From Nemertoderma westbladi (taxonomy: Eukaryota; Animalia; Xenacoelomorpha): a stretch of DNA of 33,113 bases. The stretch spans positions 1-33,113 of the forward strand of contig JAUCBJ010006527.1 in the NCBI GenBank assembly GCA_032718475.1. Direction: 5' to 3'. Under the pieces are notes generated by a model. That model ran no database searches, was not told the DNA's origin, and was given only the letters and a program-made list of their open reading frames with translations. Shown here in pieces: positions 21,992-33,113 of the stretch (position 1 is the stretch's first letter; each line of letters begins with the position of its first letter). The position numbers and the translations under genes were made by a program.

Positions 21992-24952
21992 TAACTACTA
22001 GGATCGGCATGCTGCATTGCAGCTGCATTTTTAAGAATGCTGTGCTGGCTTGTCGACAAAATTGCACCGCCACAACTCCCTATCACCCATGACATTTTCT
22101 AGATCATCCGCATCTTCAAGGCCAGTGTCCTTTAAGATGCGTCTCAAGAAAGTCATGGGCTGTCCACCATGCTTATTCACTCCATGAGGCTGCCAAAGCA
22201 CAAGATTATGCACTGGCTGGTCCTCACGGTGAAAGCAATGTCCTGCAAAGCGGAGGCGACTTTGTCGTAGTGTCAAGTTTGGGGGAAGCAATGAGACACC
22301 TCCAATGTTATATAGTGTCTCGTTGGAGATGTGTGCATTGTACTTGACACAATGAACCCGGCGTAGCATTCTTGTAAGAAGTCAACAATGATAACAGCCA
22401 GATACCTGTCTTTCTTTTTTGATAACTCTTCAATTATCCTTCTAAGTGCCAAAATGGGCTACATGGTCCCACGACCTTTACGGAACCCATTCGGATTTCC
22501 ACGGAGCAGTCTCTCAATGGGATCCATGATGCGATTTAATAGAATTCTATTGTATAGCTTTGCAGCACTCGAGATCAATGAGATTCCCCGAAAAGAACCA
22601 TAGAGTGTTAGGTTGCCCTTCTTGGGAACTGGCACCAACTTATTTGTTTTCATTTCTTGTGGGACTCTTGTTGATCGATACATGTCTACTATGATGGGAT
22701 AGATGAGCTTTAAACACTCAGGTATTTTAAAGAGCTCAGGGGGAACACCATCTACTCCACTGGCACGATTGGTCTTAATGCTCTTTGCAGCAGCCTTCAC
22801 TTCTGCAAAGGAGATATCACCAATGGGAATATCTGGGAGTACAGACTCAGACACTTTTACTTCTATAAAGTTATCAGGCAATACCCTGTCATTTTGAGGA
22901 GCTTTTCAAAGTGGGCCTTCCAACCATTGAGGTGATCAGCTGGTGATTTAGCCTTAACCTTGGTGGTTGGTTGGCTTTTCCGCCCAGTAAGCAAGTTGAT
23001 CGATTTCCATGCCTGGGATGATTGCCTGCTGTCGTCAGCATCATTGATGGCATCAACCTGTTGGTTTATTAGCTCCTGTAGATTAACAGAGTACTGCCTG
23101 TTCAGGGACCTAGATGCAGCCTTAACTGCATTCTTGGCCGCTGTAGTCTGTTTGAGTCGGGACTCTTTCTGCGCCTTATAGAGGTCATTTCGGCACTTCT
23201 GAATTTTGTTGTCAGTCCAGGGGGCCCTTTGCCTGTTTCGAGGGTATACAGGAACTGTTTCGGCAGCTGCTAATTTAACTGCTTCTGTGAAGGCAGTATA
23301 GCCCTCGCAGTGATCTGCTGCATCAGAGGCAAGAACCTCATACCTGTTGCTCAGCTGTAGTGTGAAGTTGGATCTCACACTTGGCTGTTGCAACAGAGAG
23401 TACCAGTCATGCCCGCGGCAAGGCAGATTTCGTTGTTCTGCTAGCATGCAGACTAAGTCTTACCTTGGCCACAATAAGGCGGTGATCACTGGAGAAGGGT
23501 CGAAGTGTAAATGCATTACAGTCTTGTATAGAGCTCCTGTATTTCCTACGAAACAGAATATGGTCTATCTGGGACTTGTGACCACTGGGTCCACTATGAG
23601 TCCATAGCTTTCCAGTTCGCTTCTTGAACTGGATTCCAGCCGAACACAATCCATTGCCAGAGATAAATTCCTGAAGATGGACTGAATTTCGGTTAATACT
23701 ATTGCTATAGACCCAAGGCGATGTAGGTGATTGATGCAGACTTGCATTAAAGTCTCCCAGGAATGTTAAGAATGCATGCTGTTCCGCTCCATCAGTAGCT
23801 GCATGTAGATTGTGGTAGAAATTTTCCACCTCCTCTACTGGGGCAACACTAGTTGGAGAGTAGCACACAATCAGAACCACCTTCTTAGCTAGTCTTCCAG
23901 AACATGGGAAGTGGCAACGGATGATGTGGTTAGAGATTTGGTCTATTTTGCCCAATGCTGCATGTGCAGTTGGATTCATCAATAGACCAATTCCACCATT
24001 GCCACTATCATCTGGTGATGCGAGGGCGAGTCGCCAACCGCCCCCCATGTCCTTAATCAGAACCCCATCAGTCTGTCCAGTCTGCATTCGGTGCTCTTGA
24101 ACACCCACTGCGCTAAGAGAAAGCTTATCTGCCAAGGCAGTCAGCTCACCTTGTCGCATTGGGGACCCGAGTGTTAGGGTGTTAACTGAGGCTAGTCTAG
24201 TGGCTTTGTTGGTCAGGGTGGAACATGAGTATAGCCTCCAACTCCAGAATCCCTCTCCCCCTCACAATCTGGCCTCCCTGGTGACCCAGGGTTTGGGCCA
24301 GAAAGGTCATCAGGAAAGGGACTCAAAGAATTGTTGGCCGCTCTCTCTCCAATAAGGGGTGAGACAGGCAGCCAGTCAGGAGATAACTGACGCCTGTGAG
24401 GCCGATTGTGTCCGGTAGTTCCACTGGCCTCTAGTGGCCGGACCTTCGCATTACTTATGTAATCCATAGGGGGGGTTGGGGGGTGCTTCTTTGTCGAGTC
24501 AGCTCTCGGGGCAAATACCACACCCTGGTTTGCCATTCCACAGGGTGGGTGTCGCAGTGGAGTCAGATATGAGGCCCATCACCCATACCTACTCTGGCGC
24601 ACATGTCCCACCATTGGCTGTGCAGCTCATCTGCTGGGTCATGCCCTGTACCCCTGCTGTCAGGTGCAGGTCGCAGTGAAGTGCACTCAGAGTGGACTGA
24701 GAACACTGACACTGACCAGCCATTGGTAGACCACCATCTGCCTGGCCAGGCCATATACACCTGCACCCAAGTATATGGGTCCTTAATCCAGGACCAAGGG
24801 TGTCCTTATCCCAGAACGAAGGGGGTCCTGGTTACAGGACCAGATTTGCCCTAGTATGGGGTCTATGCAGCCACAGGTGGCACCTCCTTTATGCTGCATG
24901 GAGGTGGCAAGTTTTCTTGATCAATGACCTAGAATACCTGACCTGACCTGAT
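21992..24952 (-). mobile_element. RTE-clade LINE with both ends, internally deleted in RT
   Basis: 8-bp TSD CTTAGCTA (21984-21991, 24953-24960); APE VGVQEHR..GIG..CYSPT..GDFNA..IDHI..SDH; RT start ASGVDGVPPE..PKKG..RGISL..GFRKGR..IIVDF joined directly at ~22377 to TRMLRR..RLRFAGHC. Confidence 0.92.
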
Positions 24953-25133
24953 CTTAGCTAGAAGGTGTGCTCTTATGTTGACAGACAGACAGTTGGACAT
25001 GGACAGTCAGATAGACCGACAGACAGAAATACAGAAGAACTAAATTTCATTGAAAATGGAAACTGACCTTAGAAATTAACTCAGCAACCAGAAAATTCCT
25101 CATACAAAAGTATTAGGATGGTGTTGTGCTTAC

Positions 25134-25191
25134 CTCCACCATTTACCCTCGGAATTATTGCATAAAACAAAAGAATGTTCAGAAACACCAT
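25134..25191 (-). CDS. Host gene exon 1 (coding part): signal peptide MVFLNILLFYAIIPRVNGG
   Basis: ATG at 25191; hydrophobic 19-aa leader; donor G|GTAAGC in phase 1, matching the phase-1 start of the next exon. Confidence 0.75.
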
Positions 25192-26399
25192 TAGATTAAT
25201 TAGTGAGTCATTGTTTGTGTTAGTCAATCGTTTCGTTGTCAGAGCTGCAAAATTAGTTAATTATGTAATAATTAAAATATAGTAGAAAGTTTCACCAAAA
25301 CATATCAAACAAAAACAGTATCAAAATGCCACCCCGAATAAATATTCGGCACCTATTAAAATTAAGTTTAACCGAAAACATAGTTCCTCTGCCACAACAT
25401 TGCACACAAAAGCCTGTGGCAACCGACATGTCTGTGGTTGTACCTGACTTGTGGCTACTCTTTGCGAAGCCAGGCTAGCACTCTCGCGTAATTATTTAAA
25501 ACGCTCTTAAATTGAATTTAATTTTTAAGAAAACCTTTTAAACAAATAATTCAATTTTTTAATAAACTTATATACTCCAAGTCATAATCTAGCTCTTGAT
25601 AAGTTAGCCTTCAGACCCCGCTCTGTTAAAATCCTCGGTAACGCCCAGGCGTTAAAACGCGTTGTATTGTAATCTTAAAAAGTGATTATTATTAATCACT
25701 TTATAACCAATATCACGCGTCATTAAAGTGACCATATCTATATTTATTACATTGAGACCGGGAAAAAACCCGGAAAAATAACCGGGAAAATAACTCAATA
25801 ATAGGGTAATAAGTGTGTTATTCCCCATTACCTTCACTCACGTACGAGTAATTTATTGCTAAGGCTTCAAACATTTCTAAAAGGGTTTTGTTTGGGGGGA
25901 GTTGATTAAAAATATTTACGTATTTTTGGGGGGAAATAACTATGCATATATATTTTATCACTATTTTTTTCCTATACTGCATTGATACTATTTAATTCAA
26001 CGAATGTGACCTATGGTAGACATTATTTCAGCAATCTTATTTTATGTCTATTTTTTCAGTCATTTTTAATGCTTTAATATGTGGCCTTTCTGCAGCAGAG
26101 TAATAAATTTATTAGTAATTATGTATTTATATACTGTCTCCCCAACGATCGATCTTTCTTGAATAACTTTTCTGACCGTTGTTGGATGGTACACACCCGC
26201 CGCTACTGGACTACCATCATGTCCCACGCCTGTATGTAGAACTTTCATTGTAGCAAAAATTCGTGAATGTTTAAATTTGATACTGATTGATGGAAAGGAA
26301 CCGCGTTTTTTAATTCCTGCTCTCGAGTGGTCAGATAATATTATTCAATAAGATAGTATACCTAGAAATTAAGTGCACATTAAGGTATCCCATACTAGA

Positions 26400-27130
26400 A
26401 GAACTGTGCCTGCGGTGTAGTACTTTTGTTATCACAGTTTTGTAGATTGGGGGACTAACTCTTGACGCAGAAAATATTTAAAAAGCGTTTATTTCTCCAT
26501 TATTTTAATGGGGAATAACAAATTATAAGACTAAGAGTAAATAGTTACACCCCAATACTTGAGGACTATAATAGTACTTACATTGGTTATTGGTTAGAAG
26601 GTCCAGATTGTCTTTTACCACATTAGGAGCTATTATTAATAATATTTTGAAACTGCGGAAAATTTGTACAAAAAATTGGATCTCGGCTGCTTGGCACTTA
26701 TATAGAAAGTAAACTCTAATTATTAATGAAGTGTACCTGGTAAATATAAGAACCAATGAAAGACCAGCGATTTAAAGTTCCATTGCATCCTTATGGTTGA
26801 TACACTATTTGTGGAAATAACTGAGACGATACGATTTTGAAAAAGGTTAGGCAAATAGAGGCCAATAACGTCAGGTTTGGAATCGGCTCAGAGAGATCTC
26901 TTTTAGTTCTCGAGTTATCGTTGAATATCTGTCCGCCAATCTGTCTGTCAAAATGTAAGACAGACAGACAGACAGACAACCGACATACGGAAAGACTACA
27001 TTCGACCAAATATTAAAACTGACAGCGAAATGAAATCAGCGACCCCGAAAACCGCCGTAAATATAATTTTAGCTTGAAGTTGTGCTTCCATCATGTAGGA
27101 TAAAATTCACCAACCAGACCCCATACAGGT
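26400..27130. repeat. Interspersed repeat with (GACA)n microsatellite, possibly DINE-1/Helentron-like; related units flank the RTE (21755-21990, 24960-25120)
   Basis: Shared GACAGACAG...AAAACT..CAGC.ACC.GAAAA motif; classification by resemblance only. Confidence 0.35.
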
Positions 27131-27512
27131 AGTTTTAGTTTAGTTCTGGTAGTTCAGGAAGGTTTGAAATTTGAAGGCGACTATCTCAGAATGGCATTTT
27201 TTCGCACGAAAAATACAACTCCTACGCGATTTCTTAACCGTGTTTTACAATATTTGCTTTATATGAAAGGTAATTTTATAAGCTTCGATATTTTTCCCAA
27301 TTTTCCTCAATGAACCCTCCCTTCCTCCTGTCCGTAAATGCCCTTATTTTGCCCCCCCCCCGCACCCTCCTCCGTTTGTAAATTGTCCACTGAATTAATT
27401 ATTTAAAGATATAAGTTAGTAACTTAAAATATTGCGTATTTGTACTGAAATATAATCTTTATATTAATAAATAATTTAATACCAAATAATTCCGAAGGTA
27501 TATATATAATTG

Positions 27513-28855
27513 TTAATGCTTGATGACGAGGCCTCCTGACTTGCATCTGAGGGCATGCGTAGTAGTGAAGTTGCCGCCGCAGCCCTCGCATTTGGTGGGG
27601 AGAGCTGGTGGAACCAAACCATAGCGAAGGGCGAGACTATCTCGGAACTCATCGGGGCTTAAGTCTGTGTGGACCACGGCCGATGGTTTGGCTGTGAGCC
27701 AGCCACCATTGTTATTTGCAATGGCCCGTTCTACAGTTCGACGGCGACTGGGTGGGAGGGAGGCCACGGAATCCTCCATTTTGGACTTGTAGTCCGCGTC
27801 CTGGGCACTGTGGCTCGCCTTTAGGGTGATTCCCAACTTGGCATTGTGGTCTGCCACGAGGAGGGGTTCACCCGAACGGATTGACTCGACGACTACCGAT
27901 GTCCCGTTTGTGGAGGTAGCCCGTGTGGATGTCTTACGAGTGAGTGGGTCCCTCAGTCCTATCCCTCCATGACATGTGGGAAGGAGGACGATTTCCTCAT
28001 CAATCGTATCCAGAGGGAAGCCAAACAGTGCTGGAATGAATTTCTTGGCCAGTGCTGTGCGGATCGGGGCGATAGCAACATCCTCGGTTGAGATGTTCTG
28101 GACAACAATCTGGACGCCACGTGGACCAAACAGCGCTTGGGCCTGATTCTCGAGCCCCGGCTTGACTATGAGAAAGCTCTTTTCTGGCTCAGGGTAGTAG
28201 CCTATGCTGGGGCCTAGTCGCTGCAGCACGTGCCACCACTTCCTGATCCCATGGAGTGTACCAGCTGATGCAGAGTCGTATGTGTACCAGCTTTGTCGTT
28301 GTGATGGTGTTCGCTGTATCATTGATGGAGCGTTCATTGGTGGTGGCTCGATGGGAGGTAATGGTTGTGATAGTGATCGAGTCTCAGTGTATATCCTTGA
28401 ATGCGGTGACTGTGGGACACTGGTGCTCCTGGTAGGTGATGGTAAGGGTTGAGTGGTAGACAAACTCGATTGAGGTAATAACTTGAGTGAAGCTTGGGTA
28501 ACTTGGGTCTGCTTGAATATTGCCGAATAATACCCAATGATGCCCGAATCATTGGGAGGGTGGTGCACCCATAAACCAGCATTCCGAGGGGATCACGTTG
28601 TGAGATCCCTTCAGCACTCCATATGGGCGACTTTAAGCCAGACATGTAGAGGGCAGCGTGGCCGTTATAAGCGTTGTACACAAAACGTGATGCTCGATGC
28701 CAGTAAATGGGACAGTTCCACAATGCTGCTGGGCGACTCAAGCTGTTGAATGTGTTGCTCGCATCGACAAGCAGCATTGCCTGGGTCTCCTCCTCGTTGA
28801 AAATAGATGTCATGGCAAATCGCCCTCGACTCCGGCTTTGACGCCGGACACCACA
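27513..28855 (-). mobile_element. CRE-like non-LTR element fragment (RT to CCHC finger)
   Basis: GVKAGVEG; LLVDASNTFNSLSR; EGISQRDPLGM; QSWYTYD; GPSIGYYPEPEKSFLIVK; GGIGLRDP; FRDSLALRYG; CEGCG..H...C..GG. Confidence 0.9.
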
Positions 28856-28859
28856 CTCT

Positions 28860-29880
28860 GCGATTAGATCTGCGATTAGACAGACCGACCAACAGAGACA
28901 CCGGACTGATTGCCAGGGACAACAGATTGACCAACTGAGATGTCGGACTGACAGGCAGAGACACCAGATTGACCTGCAGAGAAGCTAGACTGACAGACGA
29001 AAACACCAGACTGATCACCAGAGATGCTTGACTGACTGTCAAGAACGCCGGACTGATAGTCAGAAATATCGAACAGACCGTCAGAAACACTGGACTGGCC
29101 GGCAGAGATGACTTACAGGCAGAGACACCACACCAAGTGACACAGGACCAATCGCCAGGGACACCACACTGACCGACAGAGCCGTCAGACTTAAAGGCAG
29201 TAACACCAGACTGACCATCCAGGACACCAGACTGATCGCCTGGACTGGACGCCTAGACTGACGGCCAACGGAGACATCAGACTGATCACCGGGGACACCT
29301 GCCTGACCGACAGAGACCCTGGACTGGCAGAGGGAGACACCAGACCTACCAACGGAGACACCGGCCAGACCACCAGAGCCATCGGACTGACAGACTGACA
29401 GGCTAAAACACCAGACTGAATGCCAGGGACACCAGACTGACCTACGGAGACACCGGACTGATGACCAGGGACAACAGACAGACAAACTGCGACGTCGGAC
29501 TGACAGGCAGAGACACCAGACTGACCTGCAGAGAAGCTAGACTGACAGTCGAAAACACCTGACTGATCACCAGAGATGTTTGACTGACTGTCAAGAACGC
29601 CGGACTGATAGTCAGGGACACCAGACCGACCGAAAGAGATGTCAGACTTACAGGCAGTAACACCAGACTGACCAACCGGGACACCGGACTGATCGCCAGG
29701 GACACCTGACTGATGGCCAACAGAGACATCAGACTGATTACCCGGGACACCTGGCTGACCAACAGAGACACTGGACTGATTGCCAGGGACATTGGACCTA
29801 CCTGTAGAGACACTAGACTGATCGCCAGGGACACAAGACTGATTGATGACAGAGCCATCGGACTGACTGACAGAGCCTGT
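28860..29880. repeat. Complex ~21-bp-unit tandem array with higher-order duplication
   Basis: GACACCAGACTGA-type units; ~170-bp block at 28895-29063 recurs at 29447-29615; minus frame reads QSGVSVG-like heptads. Confidence 0.9.
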
Positions 29881-30008
29881 ACTAGGGGGATCAACACTAC
29901 ATCGAGGGGTTAAAGTGAAATCCAATCATCAATAATCGTGCTCATCGCCTGGGGTTAGCGTGAGGTCCATTAATTATTGTACAGTAGTCTGTCTGGTCTG
30001 GTTTCGCG

Positions 30009-30307
30009 AAGTAGAGTGGCTTCCATTCAGTCCACCAGAGAAGCGACAATCTTCTTTAAACCCAATTATTTTATGCTGCATTAGCTTGCCGTTTCCTTTG
30101 ATCTCCAAAGAAGAACAATCAGACCAACCAATAATTTATTATTATTATAAAAATACAGTAGATCTAATACTGTAATAATAATTATTGGTTGGTCTGATTG
30201 TTCTTCTTTGGAGATCAAAGGAAACGGCAAGATAATGCAGCATAAAATAATTGGGTTTAAAGAAGATTGTCGATTCTATCATGGACTTAATGGAAGCCAC
30301 TCTACTT
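30009..30307. mobile_element. Foldback / MITE-like long inverted repeat
   Basis: ~130-bp arms (30009-30140 vs ~30173-30307), nearly perfectly complementary, short AT-rich spacer. Confidence 0.9.
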
Positions 30308-30309
30308 AA

Positions 30310-30460
30310 GGGGGGGGGGGGGGGGGGGGGGGGGGGGGTCACCATTTTGGTCCGATATTTAAGATCGAATATAATATAATGCACAATTAATTAAATGGTG
30401 TTTCCAAATCAATCTGAAATCCGCTATTTAATAGCTCTTTTAGTTTTCAAGTTATAACAA
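30310..30460. mobile_element. Possible Kolobok-like terminus (TTAA-GGG..CACCATTTTGGTC)
   Basis: Same terminal motif after TTAA at 32778; classification inferred from TTAA plus purine start. Confidence 0.4.
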
Positions 30461-30699
30461 TTTACATATAGGGAGATCTATTGAAATTAATATTACTATT
30501 ATTATTACAATCATAAATATCCCTAAAGATGGTACAGAGTACATACGATAGGTACGAGATACTATAGCTAGCATAAATGGATATACAATGTAAAGGAGTG
30601 AATAAATGACATGTACAGTAGTACAGTAAGTAAATGGGACTATACGTAATTGAAATTGAATATTTAAGAGGTTGCAACATACTGTAAAATATCGATAAT

Positions 30700-31150
30700 T
30701 TCTTGCACATTAAATCCAACAATATCAGCTGACTGGAAACGTACGTCTGTTAGTTCCTTGAAAAATATAACCTTCCATTCATCAGGGTACATAATTCAAG
30801 TTCTTTACCAAACTGGTTGTTGACTCACTTAAATTAAAAATATTGCATAAATTACCAATCATACGAAGGTTAGATCCACTGCGTGATCTGCTGTCAAATA
30901 AACATAAGTTGGCCATAAAGCGAATAAAGCGTTTACTAGACATCTGTAAATTGTTTGCAAATTTAGTGAACCTGGATTGAACCATTGTACAAGGATGGTT
31001 AAATGACAATAATAATTGTTCTACAAAATATCTATGGGCATTATACGGTAGCTTAAAAATTAAACGAACATTAGTATTCCACGCACTATAAATTATAGAA
31101 CATATATCTGAGGATAGATCACATAAATTAATTCCATACAAGGTAGTAAG
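30700..31150 (-). mobile_element. LINE ORF2 C-terminal fragment (CR1/L2 group)
   Basis: LYGINLCDL..IYSAWNTNVRLIFKLPYNAHRYFVE..SRFTKF..DSRSRSGSNL. Confidence 0.7.
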
Positions 31151-31662
31151 TAGCATATAAGCGTTGTAAGTTACAATATATATCAATGAGAGTTCTATTA
31201 TCTCCAAATATTTATTTGTCAACCCAGTAGACCTACGGTATACAGTATGGTATATAAGTATAAGATATGTGTGTGATGCGTCACTAATTCTGACAATCAA
31301 GAGATTCATCAAGATACAAATGTGAACCTTTCTTATAACCTATATTTTCGGTTTTCCTTAAAATGAATAAAGTTTACAAGGATTCTGTACACCCCGTGTA
31401 CGCTGTAGAGTACTTCGTGTAACAGTTAACCTTTCATGAAGATTTCTAATGGGGCGAACCATGCAGTTATAATGGTATATAAATATAAGAGATACGTCAC
31501 TAATTCTGGGGGGCGTCTAGTGTGAGTTCCAATAAGATAATATAGAAAGATACAAATGTGGTGAACCTTTCTTATAACCTATATTTGGGTTTTCGACGTT
31601 ACCTCGAGATATTCAGTGAGCTCCGGTATTAACTTTATCTATCTGGGGGCAGGGGTGGTACT

Positions 31663-32425
31663 TAATAATAATAATGATATATAATATTTATATAGCGCCT
31701 TTCCCATCTGTTCAAAGCGCGTTTATACATAAATAAAGGCTAATAGGGAATATCCTAAATATAGATACATAGATGATTAGATACAAAAAAAATTAAATAC
31801 AAAAAAATTAACAAAAAATTAAGTACTCAGTTATTAAAATTGTGGAGATTTGGTTATGTTATATTCGAGCGAGAAATAATGAGTTTTGAATTTCCGTTTA
31901 AAAGTAGTCAGCGACTCGGCACCTCGGACCTCGTGGGGCAGGGCGTTCCAGATGGTTGGTGCATATGGAGAAGGCTCTTTTCCCATAGTTTTCCATTCTG
32001 TACTTCGGAATGGATAGCAGTCCAGAACTACTAGACCTTATAGGGCGGGTTGGCGCGTACGGGGTGAGCAGTTCACAGCCGTGCAGACACTTGAACGTGA
32101 TAGTGGCGATCTTGAAGTCAATGCGACGTTTGACTGGTAGCCAGTGTAACTTCTTGATCACTGTAGTAATGTGTTCCCGCTTTCTGATTCTGACCCCAGT
32201 AATTATTAAGCGTGCCGTATAATTTTGTACATATTGCAGTTTGTATACCGTTTTCGTAAGCAAACCGTAGTATACTGTATTGTTGGCGTCAAGTTTGCTT
32301 GGAACTAGTGCATGGACAAGAGTTTGTAAGTCACTTTCGGAGAGACATCTCTTTATCTTGGCTAAGTTTCTGAGGTGGAAGAAAGCTTCCCGTACAGTTG
32401 TTTGGCTTATATATATGGCTTATAT
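31663..32425 (-). mobile_element. L2-clade LINE 3' end
   Basis: HLRNLAKIKRCL..LVHALV.SKLD..KLQYVQN.ARLI..HIT..LHWLPV..RIDFK..RAFS; 3' stem-loop GCGCTTTGAACAGATGGGAAAGGCGC and (ATT)n tail. Confidence 0.9.
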
Positions 32426-32781
32426 ACTAATTGTCACTTCGCCACTCCCTGTTGGTGTTACCCCCTGCTGCTAGCCTCACCAGCCGGTTCATCCCTCTGA
32501 GGTGGTTTGACCTCTCACCTCTCTCTGTGGCTTAGGGCGTGTATCCCCCCCCCCCCTCCCCCAGTTGGTTATGAGGCGAGATTATTATTGGTAATCTCGC
32601 ATCGCCAACTATATCGGTAAAATGACACTGGTCCCATTTTGGGTGGGTAATGTAGGGAATTGAATCCGCTTACACGGCCTTCAGAAATGAAACTAAACTA
32701 AAACCTAACATCAATTTCGTTGCTTGTTCAAGGGGCCTGATGATGCTCATTCAGGCTTACTGGTACAATGATTACGCTTAA

Positions 32782-33113
32782 GGGTGGGGTGCACCATTTT
32801 GGTCAAAAATATGTCGAAATGTCGAAATTTTTTGTTAATAAAATTTAATACTATTTATAAAAAACCTAAAAAATTGCATAAGTTTGCAGCGCCACCTAGC
32901 GGTGCAGAATTATTTTAACAAAATTTCGCCTGATAGTTATGTTGCCCCATCTTTGATTTATCATATAAAAAAACTTTCATGTGATTAGGTTCAAAACTGT
33001 AAAAGCCTTAGGGGTTTAAGCGCAACCAAGTTTTTTTGTTGTTAACTAGTATTAACTAATATTAAATAGCGAAAAAAACATTTTCTGACCTGTCATGTAG
33101 AATAGCATCTTAG
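32782..33113. mobile_element. Possible Kolobok-like non-autonomous element running off the window
   Basis: TTAA-GGGTGGGGTGCACCATTTTGGTC, related to 30310. Confidence 0.4.

Noticed and set aside
26066-26361. Minus-strand ORF upstream of exon 1
   Set aside because: No recognisable motif, and stops follow the candidate acceptor in all frames
31425-31472. Degenerate hammerhead-like ATGA...CGAACCATG
   Set aside because: Both core boxes are mutated and stem II is weak
32430-32690. tRNA-derived SINE or ribozyme
   Set aside because: Only a weak B-box-like GGATTCAATTCC, no A box, and no ribozyme consensus could be fitted
32715-32760. CTGATGA hairpin as hammerhead or SECIS
   Set aside because: No correctly placed GAAA on the plus strand; the minus strand has CTGAATGA (extra base) and poor stems; no Sec-type ORF nearby

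Overview
AT-rich eukaryotic (invertebrate-like) genomic DNA, mostly transposon debris. The ORF track largely misses a spliced minus-strand gene that I reconstructed by hand from six phase-compatible GT-AG exons (25191 to 3866): signal peptide, F-type lectin (fucolectin/FTP) domain, CUB domain, then a Cys-rich (ShK-like) segment. Its introns and flanks hold two Penelope-like elements (Penelope/Poseidon-type and Neptune-type), three CRE-like RLE non-LTR fragments, RTE, L2 and other APE-type LINE fragments, a truncated BEL/Pao LTR element, a TTAA-flanked piggyBac-type non-autonomous element (3 copies), a foldback element and several minisatellites. Four minimal hammerhead ribozyme motifs lie on the host gene's sense strand; two are U3-A8 core variants with a compensatory change in stem II. 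All calls come from reading the sequence by eye; no searches were run.
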